Part shown: positions 26,919-34,922 of the stretch, one piece after another | How positions within the stretch are numbered: position 1 is the first letter of the stretch | How the letters are laid out: each line of letters opens with the position of its first letter | From: an uncultured Acidimicrobiaceae bacterium | Lineage (GTDB): Bacteria > Actinomycetota > Acidimicrobiia > Acidimicrobiales > Bog-793 | Assembly: GCA_963823945.1 (NCBI GenBank) | Contig: CAWGNK010000005.1 | Location: 22,452-86,451 of the forward strand | DNA: 64,000 nucleotides | Reading direction: 5' to 3' | Made by a program: the position numbers and the translations under genes | Notes under the pieces: model-generated | The model's database searches: none | Told to the model about the DNA's origin: nothing | Seen by the model: only the letters and a program-made list of their open reading frames with translations

Positions 26919-27491
26919 GTGCGACGATCCCGATCACGTTCGAATTCGTTCTTGCGGCACGGCTCGGTTCCGGTTGCGCTCGCGACGGTCGCACTGGTGC
27001 TTGCGGCTTGTGGTTCGACCCCATCGGGCAGCTCAGGGACCACCACCACCACGGAGGTTGGCAACACTGGCACGACGAGCTTGACGGGCTCCGAGGTCGA
27101 GCTCTCGTTCAGAGATCGCGTCTTCACGTCATGCCCATCGACCGAACAGGCGCAGACCTCACCGACATTCACCTACGGCGGAACGATCACGGAGGAACCC
27201 GGCCCCACCGGGAAGCCCGACAACGTGACCATTGCTCCATCGTCGAGCACTGCGTTCGGCAACTTCATGGACGGCACCTATAGCTCGGACCATGTCATTT
27301 TCGTCACCGGAAGAAGCCAATACGACACCCAGACATGGACCCTGCAGCTGGCGCCAACAGGCACGGCGCCTCAACTCACCGGGCCGGTCAACGTGACCGG
27401 GACGGCGGAGGTCGTGTCGTACTTCGTGGGCCACCCCCCCTGCGACACGCGGTGGAAGGTGACCGGAACCGACTCGCCTGGGGGAAAGTGA
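26919..27491 (+). CDS. Lipoprotein, unknown function
   Basis: Lipobox LVLAAC|GS followed by a Thr-rich linker. 190 aa. Confidence 0.6.
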   Translation: MRRSRSRSNSFLRHGSVPVALATVALVLAACGSTPSGSSGTTTTTEVGNTGTTSLTGSEVELSFRDRVFTSCPSTEQAQTSPTFTYGGTITEEPGPTGKPDNVTIAPSSSTAFGNFMDGTYSSDHVIFVTGRSQYDTQTWTLQLAPTGTAPQLTGPVNVTGTAEVVSYFVGHPPCDTRWKVTGTDSPGGK

Positions 27492-27994
27492 CCGGCCGAT
27501 CTACGCCGTGACCAGCTCTGCCCACTGCCGATCCAGGTGACCCGCCAAACAACGGGCAATGAAGGTGTTGCCGGCTGGCGAGTTTGGAATGTCCATCGCC
27601 GTCGATCGTCCCGCCGGCGGCCATCGCTTCGCTGACGCACGGGCTCAAGCGTCCAAAGTGGGCGCCATGAAGGGCATCTGAGCCGGCAGGCCGATGGACT
27701 CCCCCCGGTTCAGGTCACGGAACCGTGCCACCCCCGCGCTGGGCTTAGTCGAGATCAACCATCAGCTCTCCGGCTCAGCCCGTTGCGCCACGCGATCCGC
27801 CTCGTGTTGCCCAGTCATCGTGCGACCCCGGCATCGGCCCCCTGAGGGCAGAACGAAGCAGCACCGCCACCCGAAAGGAGGCACTGCGTGAGACCTGGAC
27901 GGGGTACCGGCAACGGCACCCGGTTCGAGGTGGCCGACGCGGCGAGGCGTCACATCTCCGGGTTTGTCGCGGCCATCGCACCCATTTGGCGAAC

Positions 27995-29413
27995 CTAGGT
28001 GCCGCTCAGGTAGGCGATCACGTCGGCCGCGCCCCAGCCGTCCGGGTGGCGCCCCAGGAGCTCGCGGGCGCCGTCGAGGTCGGCGCCGAGCGTCGAGATC
28101 GCGGGCTCGACCTCCCCGGCGCCGCGGCGCTGACCGAGGCCGACGGCCGACATCAGCGCGTTGCACAGGCAGACCCGGCCGACGGTCTCGGCCGCCTCGC
28201 CGCCATGGCGCAGGTAGGCGTCCACGGGCTCAGCGGGGCAGCGGTAGCCGATCGTGCCGTCGGGCTTCGTGTACGGGATACGCAGGTAGCTCAGGTCGCA
28301 GATCCGGGCGCGGGTCTCGTAGATGTCCCGGTCCGAAAGCGTGCCCGGCAGCTGAGCCACCTTGAACGGGAACCCCGTCGGCGAGGCGCGCGAGTCGGTG
28401 CGCACCTGCGGGTTGCCCTCGCGCAGTTGCGCCAGGAGCTGGCTGCGGAGCGTTTCGTCCAGGTTGGAGTCGCGGCTCAACGCGAAGAGCGTCCCGACCT
28501 GGACGCCGCTCGCGCCGGCGGCACAGGCCGCGGCGACCCGGTCCGGTTGCGAGTAGCCGCCGGCGAGCCAGAACGGCAGGCCGAGCTCGACGAACTGGGC
28601 CGTGTCGGTGACGTCGCGGGGCCCGTAGACGGGATCGCCCGTCTCGTCGAGCTGGAGGACACCACGGGGCGGGGCGTTGTGGCCGCCGGCGATCTCACCT
28701 TCGATGACGAATCCGTCCGGGCGGGTCTCGGGGTCGCGGGCGAGGTAGGTCGCGAGCGTGTTCGATGACACGATCGCCAGGAACAGCGGCCGGACGACGG
28801 CGGCGATCGCGCGGCCCAGCACGGCGATGGGGTCGAAGTTGATCGTGTGGCGGTTCTGGCCGGCGCCGGACACGTCGATCGGGAACTCGACTGCGCGGTG
28901 CTGGGACAGGTCGTCGAGCAGCGCCGGGAGCCGGGCCGGGATCCCGGCGCCCACGAGCACGAAGTCGACCCCGGCGAGCAGGGCGCCGTAGGCCGCGGCC
29001 GGCGTCGCGAGCTGGACCTTCTCGAGGAAGTTGATGCCGACGCGCGCCCCCCGTGCCGCCTGACGGGCGAGGTGGACCTCGGCGAAGGCGGCGACGACGG
29101 CGAGCCGCAGCCGGTCGAGCTGCGGTGCCAGGTTGAGGCGCGGCACCAGCCGGTACGGCTGGTCGGCCGGCCTCCCGCCGTCGATGAAATAGCGGCTCAG
29201 GACCTTCTCGGCGATCTCGGGAACGGGGAAGTGCGCCAGCGCCTGGCGCAGGTGCCCGCCGTGGTCGCCGTCCTGCAGGCGCCTGGCGAGCATCGAATCG
29301 AGCGCGACGCCGGACACGACGCCCAGACCGCCGGCGCAGCCGACGGCACCGGCGAGGCGCCAGTCCGAGACGCCGATCCCCATGCCCCCCTGGATGATCC
29401 TCGGGTAGCTCAC
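27995..29413 (-). CDS. Nitronate monooxygenase / NPD-family FMN oxidoreductase
   Basis: N-terminus YPRIIQGGMGIGVS..LAGAV..AGGLGVVSG. The GTG at 29413 overlaps the upstream stop (GTGA). The longer track ORF to 29545 overlaps the radical SAM gene. Confidence 0.75.
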   Translation of the reverse strand: MSYPRIIQGGMGIGVSDWRLAGAVGCAGGLGVVSGVALDSMLARRLQDGDHGGHLRQALAHFPVPEIAEKVLSRYFIDGGRPADQPYRLVPRLNLAPQLDRLRLAVVAAFAEVHLARQAARGARVGINFLEKVQLATPAAAYGALLAGVDFVLVGAGIPARLPALLDDLSQHRAVEFPIDVSGAGQNRHTINFDPIAVLGRAIAAVVRPLFLAIVSSNTLATYLARDPETRPDGFVIEGEIAGGHNAPPRGVLQLDETGDPVYGPRDVTDTAQFVELGLPFWLAGGYSQPDRVAAACAAGASGVQVGTLFALSRDSNLDETLRSQLLAQLREGNPQVRTDSRASPTGFPFKVAQLPGTLSDRDIYETRARICDLSYLRIPYTKPDGTIGYRCPAEPVDAYLRHGGEAAETVGRVCLCNALMSAVGLGQRRGAGEVEPAISTLGADLDGARELLGRHPDGWGAADVIAYLSGT

Positions 29414-30735
29414 CGGTGCTGCCTGCTCCCGGTCAGCTGGGCACCGGCGGGCGCTGGTGAGGCCGCCGGCTCGTACGGGCAGCCGGGGTCCTCGGCGAGC
29501 GGGTCCCCGCTCCCGGCATAGGCCCGGGCCCGCGACCCGCCGCACGGTTCGCGGTACCCGCAGCGGCCGCAGCGCCCGCCGAGCCGGTCCGGGTCGCGCA
29601 GTGCGCGGAACAACTCCGAGTCGGAGTAGATCTCCGGCAGCGGCCGCTGGCGCACGTTCCCGGCGCTGAGCGGGAGGAACCCGCTCGGCTGGACGTCACC
29701 GCGACTCGAGACGAAGACGACGCCCCGTCCGTCGCCCACGGCGAGCGGCGGGCGGCGGTGGTCACCGCCGGGACCGGCCGGCCGGCGTGGGGCGGCCGGC
29801 GCCGTCGCCGGGACCCCGAGGGCCTCGAGGCGCTCGTGGAGCCGGGCGTAGAGCGGGCCGCGCCGCGGGGTGCCCGCCGGGCTGCCGGCGGCGTGCTCGA
29901 GCACGATCCGGCGGTACTGCGGTGCCTCGGTCGTCTTGAGAGGGACGGTCGTCGCCGCCTCGAAGAGGAATTCGAGGGTGTCCTCGATGCCCTCGGCCCC
30001 CAAGGGCGCCAGCGCGCTGCCGCGTCCCATCGGCACCAGGAAGAACACGCTCCACAGGCCGACACCGAGGCGGCGCGCGAGCTGCGACATCTCGGGCAGC
30101 TCGTGGACCGTGTCGGCGGTCACGGTCGTGTTCAGCTGCAACCGCAAGCCGGCAAGTCGGGCCGCGGTGCAGGCGGCGACGGTCCAGTTGAACGATCCCT
30201 GGGTGTGCCGGAAGTCGTCGTGGGTCGCGGCGCTGGCGCCGTCAAGCGAGAACGAGACCGTCGTCACGCCGGCCCCCCGCAGCTCGCGCAGGGCGTCGGG
30301 CGTCGCGCGCGGTGTCCCGGCCGGGGCGACGGACACGGCGAGTTGTGCCGCCACGCCGTGCCGGACGAGCTCGAAAAGGTCGGGACGCATGAGCGGGTCG
30401 CCGCCCGTGAACACGACGATCGGCCGCGGCGCGCCGAGCGCGCCGAGATCGTCGAGCACCGTGGTGACCTCGTGTGTCGAGAGCTCGTCGGCGTCGCGCT
30501 CGCGCTTCGCCTCGGCGCGGCAGTGGCGGCAGGCGAGCTCGCAGGCCCGCGTCAGCTCGAAAAGAACGAGGAAGGGGCGGCGACCGATGTCGTAGCGCAG
30601 GTGCCGCACGCCAGATCGCGCGCCCTCGTCGGCGCGGGCACGTCGGTCGGGCGCACCCGCCGGCAATCCGTGTGACCGGCGCCGTCCTGGATCACGACCG
30701 CTGTGAACCCGACTGGTCTGTGCTGGGTCGCCCAT
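29410..30735 (-). CDS. Radical SAM / SPASM-domain protein (AhbD/NirJ/PqqE-like)
   Basis: CxxxCxxC in TRACELACRHC. C-terminal SPASM-type CGRCGYREPCGGS...DPGCPY. The exact start is uncertain. Confidence 0.8.
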   Translation of the reverse strand: MGDPAQTSRVHSGRDPGRRRSHGLPAGAPDRRARADEGARSGVRHLRYDIGRRPFLVLFELTRACELACRHCRAEAKRERDADELSTHEVTTVLDDLGALGAPRPIVVFTGGDPLMRPDLFELVRHGVAAQLAVSVAPAGTPRATPDALRELRGAGVTTVSFSLDGASAATHDDFRHTQGSFNWTVAACTAARLAGLRLQLNTTVTADTVHELPEMSQLARRLGVGLWSVFFLVPMGRGSALAPLGAEGIEDTLEFLFEAATTVPLKTTEAPQYRRIVLEHAAGSPAGTPRRGPLYARLHERLEALGVPATAPAAPRRPAGPGGDHRRPPLAVGDGRGVVFVSSRGDVQPSGFLPLSAGNVRQRPLPEIYSDSELFRALRDPDRLGGRCGRCGYREPCGGSRARAYAGSGDPLAEDPGCPYEPAASPAPAGAQLTGSRQHR

Positions 30736-30841
30736 CGCTCGCCGCTCCTTTGGGCTTTGGCTCGGCGCGTCGCGACAGTCACCGAAACTCGAAGCCCACT
30801 ATAGGGGGAGCCTCCCGGTTGACCGCCTTCCCGGGGCTAGC

Positions 30842-31555
30842 TTGGCGAGCGTGGCACCGAGGGCCGGGGCTCCGCGCGAGACGTACCTGCTGCTAGTCCG
30901 GCACGGCACGACGCCGACGACCGGCAAGGTGCTGCCCGGGAGGGAACCGGGCCTGCACCTCGCGGCGCAGGGTCGCGCCGAAGCGGCCGAGGTCGGCCGG
31001 CGGCTCGGCGATCTCGGCTCGGTGGGGGCGCTGTATTCGTCGCCGATGGACCGCACGATGGAGACGGCCGAGGAGATCGCGGCCTTCGTCGGGCTGCCGG
31101 TGGGGGTCGAGGCGGGGTTGATCGAGTGCGATTTCGGTGCCTGGACCGGGACGACGCTGCGCGCCATGCGCGCGAAGCGGGAATGGAAGGCCGTGCTCTA
31201 CCACCCGTCCGGCTTCCGGTTCCCCGGCGGCGAGTCCTTCCTCGAGCTGCAGGCGCGTGTGCTCGAGGCCGTCGAGCGCCTGGTCGCCCGCCATCCGGGC
31301 GAGGTCGTCGTCGCCGTCAGCCATGCCGACCCGATCAAGGTCGCGCTGGCCAGCGCCCTCGGCAGCCCGCTCGACCTGTTCCAGAGGATCGTCATCGGGA
31401 CGTGCTCGACGAGCATCGTCGCCTACGGGGAGGGGCCCCCGCGGGTTCTCGCGCTGAACTCCTTCGCCGCCCCCGCCCTCGTCGGCGTGCCGGGGCCGGG
31501 TGGCATGCGGGCCTCCCGGGAGGCGCGGCCCGCCGGTGCGAAGCGGTCCAGATGA
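30842..31555 (+). CDS. Histidine phosphatase family protein (MSMEG_4193-type putative phosphomutase)
   Basis: LLVRHGTT catalytic motif and ..VAVSHADPIK. Followed by DUF3090 and SCO1664-type genes, the conserved actinobacterial triad. Confidence 0.75.
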   Translation: MASVAPRAGAPRETYLLLVRHGTTPTTGKVLPGREPGLHLAAQGRAEAAEVGRRLGDLGSVGALYSSPMDRTMETAEEIAAFVGLPVGVEAGLIECDFGAWTGTTLRAMRAKREWKAVLYHPSGFRFPGGESFLELQARVLEAVERLVARHPGEVVVAVSHADPIKVALASALGSPLDLFQRIVIGTCSTSIVAYGEGPPRVLALNSFAAPALVGVPGPGGMRASREARPAGAKRSR

Positions 31556-32052
31556 GCGCCTTTTTCGAGCTGAGTGAGCCGTCCGGCGTCACCGTCGGCG
31601 CCATCGGGCCGGTCGGCGAGCGCGTCTTCGTGCTGCAGGCCCGGCAGGGTTCGCAGCTCGTCACCGTGAAGCTCGAGAAACAGCACGTCGCAGCCATCGC
31701 GCGCCACCTCGGCCAGCTGCTCCAGGACCTCGCGCGCCCCGAGGCCATCGCGGAGGGCGACCTCGAGCTCGAGGCGTTCGACGAGCCCGACTTCGTCGTG
31801 GGGACCCTCGCCGTCGCCTACGACGCGGCCGCCGAGCGCATCGTGATCTTTGCCGAGGAGGCGGTGGCCGAGGACGAAGAAGGGGGTTCGGCGCGGTTCT
31901 CGCTGACGACGGCGCAGGCTGCGGCGTGGGCGATCCGGGGGACCCGCCTCGTCGAGGCCGGGCGCCCCGCCTGCCCGCTCTGCGGGTATCCGCTTGACCC
32001 GAGGGGGCACGTGTGTCCGCGGAAGAACGGCCATCACGCGCCGCTGACCTGA
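31552..32052 (+). CDS. DUF3090 family protein
   Basis: 167 aa. The ATG overlaps the upstream stop (ATGA). C-terminal CPLCGYPLDP.GHVCPR.NGH is characteristic of the family. Confidence 0.75.
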   Translation: MSAFFELSEPSGVTVGAIGPVGERVFVLQARQGSQLVTVKLEKQHVAAIARHLGQLLQDLARPEAIAEGDLELEAFDEPDFVVGTLAVAYDAAAERIVIFAEEAVAEDEEGGSARFSLTTAQAAAWAIRGTRLVEAGRPACPLCGYPLDPRGHVCPRKNGHHAPLT

Positions 32053-32750
32053 CGGCGCCCGAGTGGGCCGCGCTCTTGCGCGGCGGCGCGATCGAGGTCG
32101 TCGGGCGCATGCCGTGGAGCTCGAACGCCACGTTCCTCGTCACGGTGGCCGACGGTCTCCGCACCGGCAGGGCCGTCTACAAGCCGGGAGCCGGGGAGCG
32201 CGATCTCTGGGACTTCCCCGACGGGCTGTTCCGGCGCGAGGTCGCGGCCTACGAGCTCGACCGGGCGCTCGGCCTCGGTGTCGTCCCGACGACCGTCGTA
32301 CGGGACGACGCGCCTCTCGGCGAGGGCTCCCTGCAACGCTTTGTCGAGGCGGACTTCACCGCGCACTACTTCAGCCTGCGCGAGCTCGACCGGCACGGTG
32401 CAGCGCTGCGGGTGATCGCGGGCTTCGATCTGCTCGCGAACAACGCCGACCGGAAAGGCGGCCACCTGCTCGTCGACGCCGCCGGTGACGTGTGGGCGAT
32501 CGACAACGGGCTGTCGTTCCACGCCGACGCGAAGTTGCGCACCGTGATGTGGGACTTCGCCGGCGAGGACCTGCCGGCCGCCATCGTCGCCGGGGCGCGC
32601 CTGCTCACCCGTGAGGTTCCCGCCGAGCTCGCCGCGTTGTTGGCCGACGACGAGGTCGACGCGCTCGTCGAGCGCGCGCGCCAGCTCGCAGCCAACCCGT
32701 ACTTTCCGGACCCGACGGCGGAGACGCGGCTGCCCTGGCCGCTCGTCTGA
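32013..32750 (+). CDS. SCO1664-family protein (PI3/4-kinase-like fold)
   Basis: ..SSNATFLV...AVYKP..GERDLWDFP.G.L..REVAAY...NNADRKGGHLL. The start is uncertain, because a 32013 start overlaps the previous gene by 40 nt. Confidence 0.7.
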   Translation: MSAEERPSRAADLTAPEWAALLRGGAIEVVGRMPWSSNATFLVTVADGLRTGRAVYKPGAGERDLWDFPDGLFRREVAAYELDRALGLGVVPTTVVRDDAPLGEGSLQRFVEADFTAHYFSLRELDRHGAALRVIAGFDLLANNADRKGGHLLVDAAGDVWAIDNGLSFHADAKLRTVMWDFAGEDLPAAIVAGARLLTREVPAELAALLADDEVDALVERARQLAANPYFPDPTAETRLPWPLV

Positions 32751-33218
32751 ACGCCTGGTCGGTAAGGCGGCCGGTACCCGGCGCGGTGATGGTGGCGCCG
32801 TGGCGATCACCGACGCGACCGGGACGACGGCGGGCGCGGGCCGCCCGCGCTCTTTCTTTGCCGCGAGGGCGCGGTTGCGCCGTCGCGACGCGGCGCTGAT
32901 GCTCGACGCCCTCGCCGGGATCGCGGGGGCGCGCCCGCGCCCGCAGAGGGCACGCGTGCCGCCCTCGACCGGCTGGGGCGCCAGGCGGAGGTCGCGCTCG
33001 GCCGAGCCGGCCCCGGCGAGGTGACGGAGATCGGGATCGGCGAGGGGCTCGACCTCGCGGCGGGGCTGTTGGCGTGTGCCGACGAGCTCGCCGGAGCCGG
33101 GTGCAGCGTCGCGGCGCTGTGCCTCGAGGGGATCGAGGGCCGTCTCCTCGAGGCGCTGCTCGACTCGGGGCCGCTCCCGGCCGACTCCTGGCAAGCCCAG
33201 GGTCGGTAGCCTCGCGGC

Positions 33219-33644
33219 ATGACCAAGACGCCGAACGACCCCACAGCCGCAGGCGAGCGGCTCCCTTCTGACGAGTCGGAGTGGCGCACGAGACTCGATC
33301 CCGCGCGCTACCACGTGCTGCGCGAGAAGGGGACGGACCCGCCCTTCACCGGGGAGTTCACCCACCCCGGGCCCCAGGGGGTGTACCGCTGTGCCGCCTG
33401 CGGCAACGAGCTGTTCCTGTCCGACACCCAGTTCGACTCGGGTTCGGGGTGGCCGAGCTTCACGGCGCCGGCGACCGAGGATGCCCTCGCGGAGGCGCCG
33501 GACCACAGCCTGGGCATGCGGCGGGTCGAGGTGACCTGCACCCGCTGCGGCAGTCACCTCGGACACGTCTTCGAGGACGGGCCGGCCCCGACCGGGCTGC
33601 GCTACTGCATCAACTCGAGCGCGCTCGACCTCGAGGAGAACTAG
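33219..33644 (+). CDS. msrB: Peptide-methionine (R)-S-oxide reductase
   Basis: YHVLREKGTDPPFTGEF, CAACGNELF, GWPSF, CTRCGSHLGHVFEDGP and RYCINS. Confidence 0.93.
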   Translation: MTKTPNDPTAAGERLPSDESEWRTRLDPARYHVLREKGTDPPFTGEFTHPGPQGVYRCAACGNELFLSDTQFDSGSGWPSFTAPATEDALAEAPDHSLGMRRVEVTCTRCGSHLGHVFEDGPAPTGLRYCINSSALDLEEN

Positions 33645-33761
33645 CAGGGAAAACGTGCCCTGAGGTGCGGGCGCCGGCGCGGCCCGCCGGGCGAACAGAT
33701 CTTCACGCGACTGGAACACCGTCGCGGCAGGGCTGTCGCGCGGCGCCGTCATGATTGCCTG

Positions 33762-34169
33762 ATGGAGTTCCACCGCGGCTCGGCGCAGCTTCCCGGGCGG
33801 ACGCGAGTGGCCCCCGACGCCGCCACCAGGCCACTTGGCGTCCTGGTGGCCCAACATGGGGACGCGGCCTCACCCGACCGGTTCGTCGTCATCGAGTCGT
33901 GCCACAGCACCTGGTTGTTCGACACGGCCGACCGGCGCTTCTGCCGGGTCGTGCGCAATGGCACCCCCCCCGCCGGGGTGCCGACCGACTGGCGGCCCTA
34001 CGACCGGCTCGTCGTCGATGACCACACGGACGCCTTCGTTGTCTTCCTCGACGCGACGGGCACGCGCCTGCTTCGTTCCTGGCGCCACGGCGAGGACTGC
34101 GGACACTGCCACGGCGACGTCACGGCCGAGATGTCGCTCGCGGACCTCCGCCGCCTCACGCGCGCCTGA
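33762..34169 (+). CDS. Hypothetical protein
   Basis: 135-aa ORF with a balanced composition (..FVVIESCHSTWLFDTADRRFCRV..). No family recognised. Confidence 0.5.
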   Translation: MEFHRGSAQLPGRTRVAPDAATRPLGVLVAQHGDAASPDRFVVIESCHSTWLFDTADRRFCRVVRNGTPPAGVPTDWRPYDRLVVDDHTDAFVVFLDATGTRLLRSWRHGEDCGHCHGDVTAEMSLADLRRLTRA

Positions 34170-34292
34170 GCGGCCCATCCCGCCGAAACGGGCCGCCGCG
34201 CGCCTTCCTCGGCGCCCCGTCCGGGGCGCCGAGGAAGCCTCCGAGATGCCCACCGCCTGGGCGCGGTCGGCACCCCGTGGGACAATCGCGAC

Positions 34293-34799
34293 ATGACGGA
34301 CACCGAATCCACCCCGCCCCCGCACCTGCTCACCGTGACGACCTCGGCCCCCGCCCCGACTCCGGGAGACGGGCTGGACACGACGCCGGCGGAGTCCGGC
34401 GAGTCGATCGAGAGGCCGGCGAAGGTGATGCGGATCGGCTCGATGATCAAGCAGCTGCTCGACGAGGTGCAAAAGGCTCCGCTCGACGCGGCGAGCCGGA
34501 CCCGGATGAAGGAGATCTACGAGCGGTCGGTGCTGGAGCTCTCCGACGGGCTCTCGCCGGAGCTCGTCGCCGAGCTCGACCGGCTGGCGCTGCCGTTCGG
34601 CACGGACGAGCCGACCGACGCGGAGCTCCGCATCGCCCAGGCGCAGCTCGTCGGGTGGCTCGAGGGCCTGTTCCACGGGATCCAGGCGGCGCTGTTCGCG
34701 CAGCAGCTCGCCGCGCAGAGCCAGCTGGAGGAGATGCGCCGCCGGAGCCTCCCGGTGGCGGCGAGCGACGTGCCCGAGCGCCCCGGGCCGTACCTGTAG
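34293..34799 (+). CDS. bpa: Bacterial proteasome activator Bpa/PafE
   Basis: Near-identical core to mycobacterial Bpa as I recall it (PAKVMRIG.MIKQLL.EV...PLD...DAELRIAQAQLVGWLEGLFHGIQ.ALFAQQ). The C-terminal GPYL corresponds to the GQYL proteasome-docking tail. Confidence 0.88.
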   Translation: MTDTESTPPPHLLTVTTSAPAPTPGDGLDTTPAESGESIERPAKVMRIGSMIKQLLDEVQKAPLDAASRTRMKEIYERSVLELSDGLSPELVAELDRLALPFGTDEPTDAELRIAQAQLVGWLEGLFHGIQAALFAQQLAAQSQLEEMRRRSLPVAASDVPERPGPYL

Positions 34800-34922
34800 G
34801 CCAAATCGGCCATGGGCCCGGGGCGGGCCGGCGCGCTATTCTCCGCGGGACGGCGAATGACATTCCTGTAGTTCATCCACAGACGGTGGATGACGGGTGT
34901 GGATAATCGTGGAGGCAATCGC

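Noticed and set aside
27495-27720. Minus-strand protein-like pieces (..ARFRDLNRGESIGLPAQMPFMAPTLDA* then ..MDIPNSPAGNTFIARCLAGHLDRQWAELVTA*).
   Set aside because: They are interrupted by a stop, very short, and match no recognisable family. They may be a pseudogene but this cannot be supported.
33021-33209. 62-aa ORF immediately upstream of msrB with high third-position GC (MTEIGIGEGLDLAAGLLACADELAG...).
   Set aside because: The GAGG abuts the GTG with no spacer. The open frame extends upstream without a start. High GC3 is not discriminating in this genome, and no family is recognised. The 32751-33218 gap remains unexplained.
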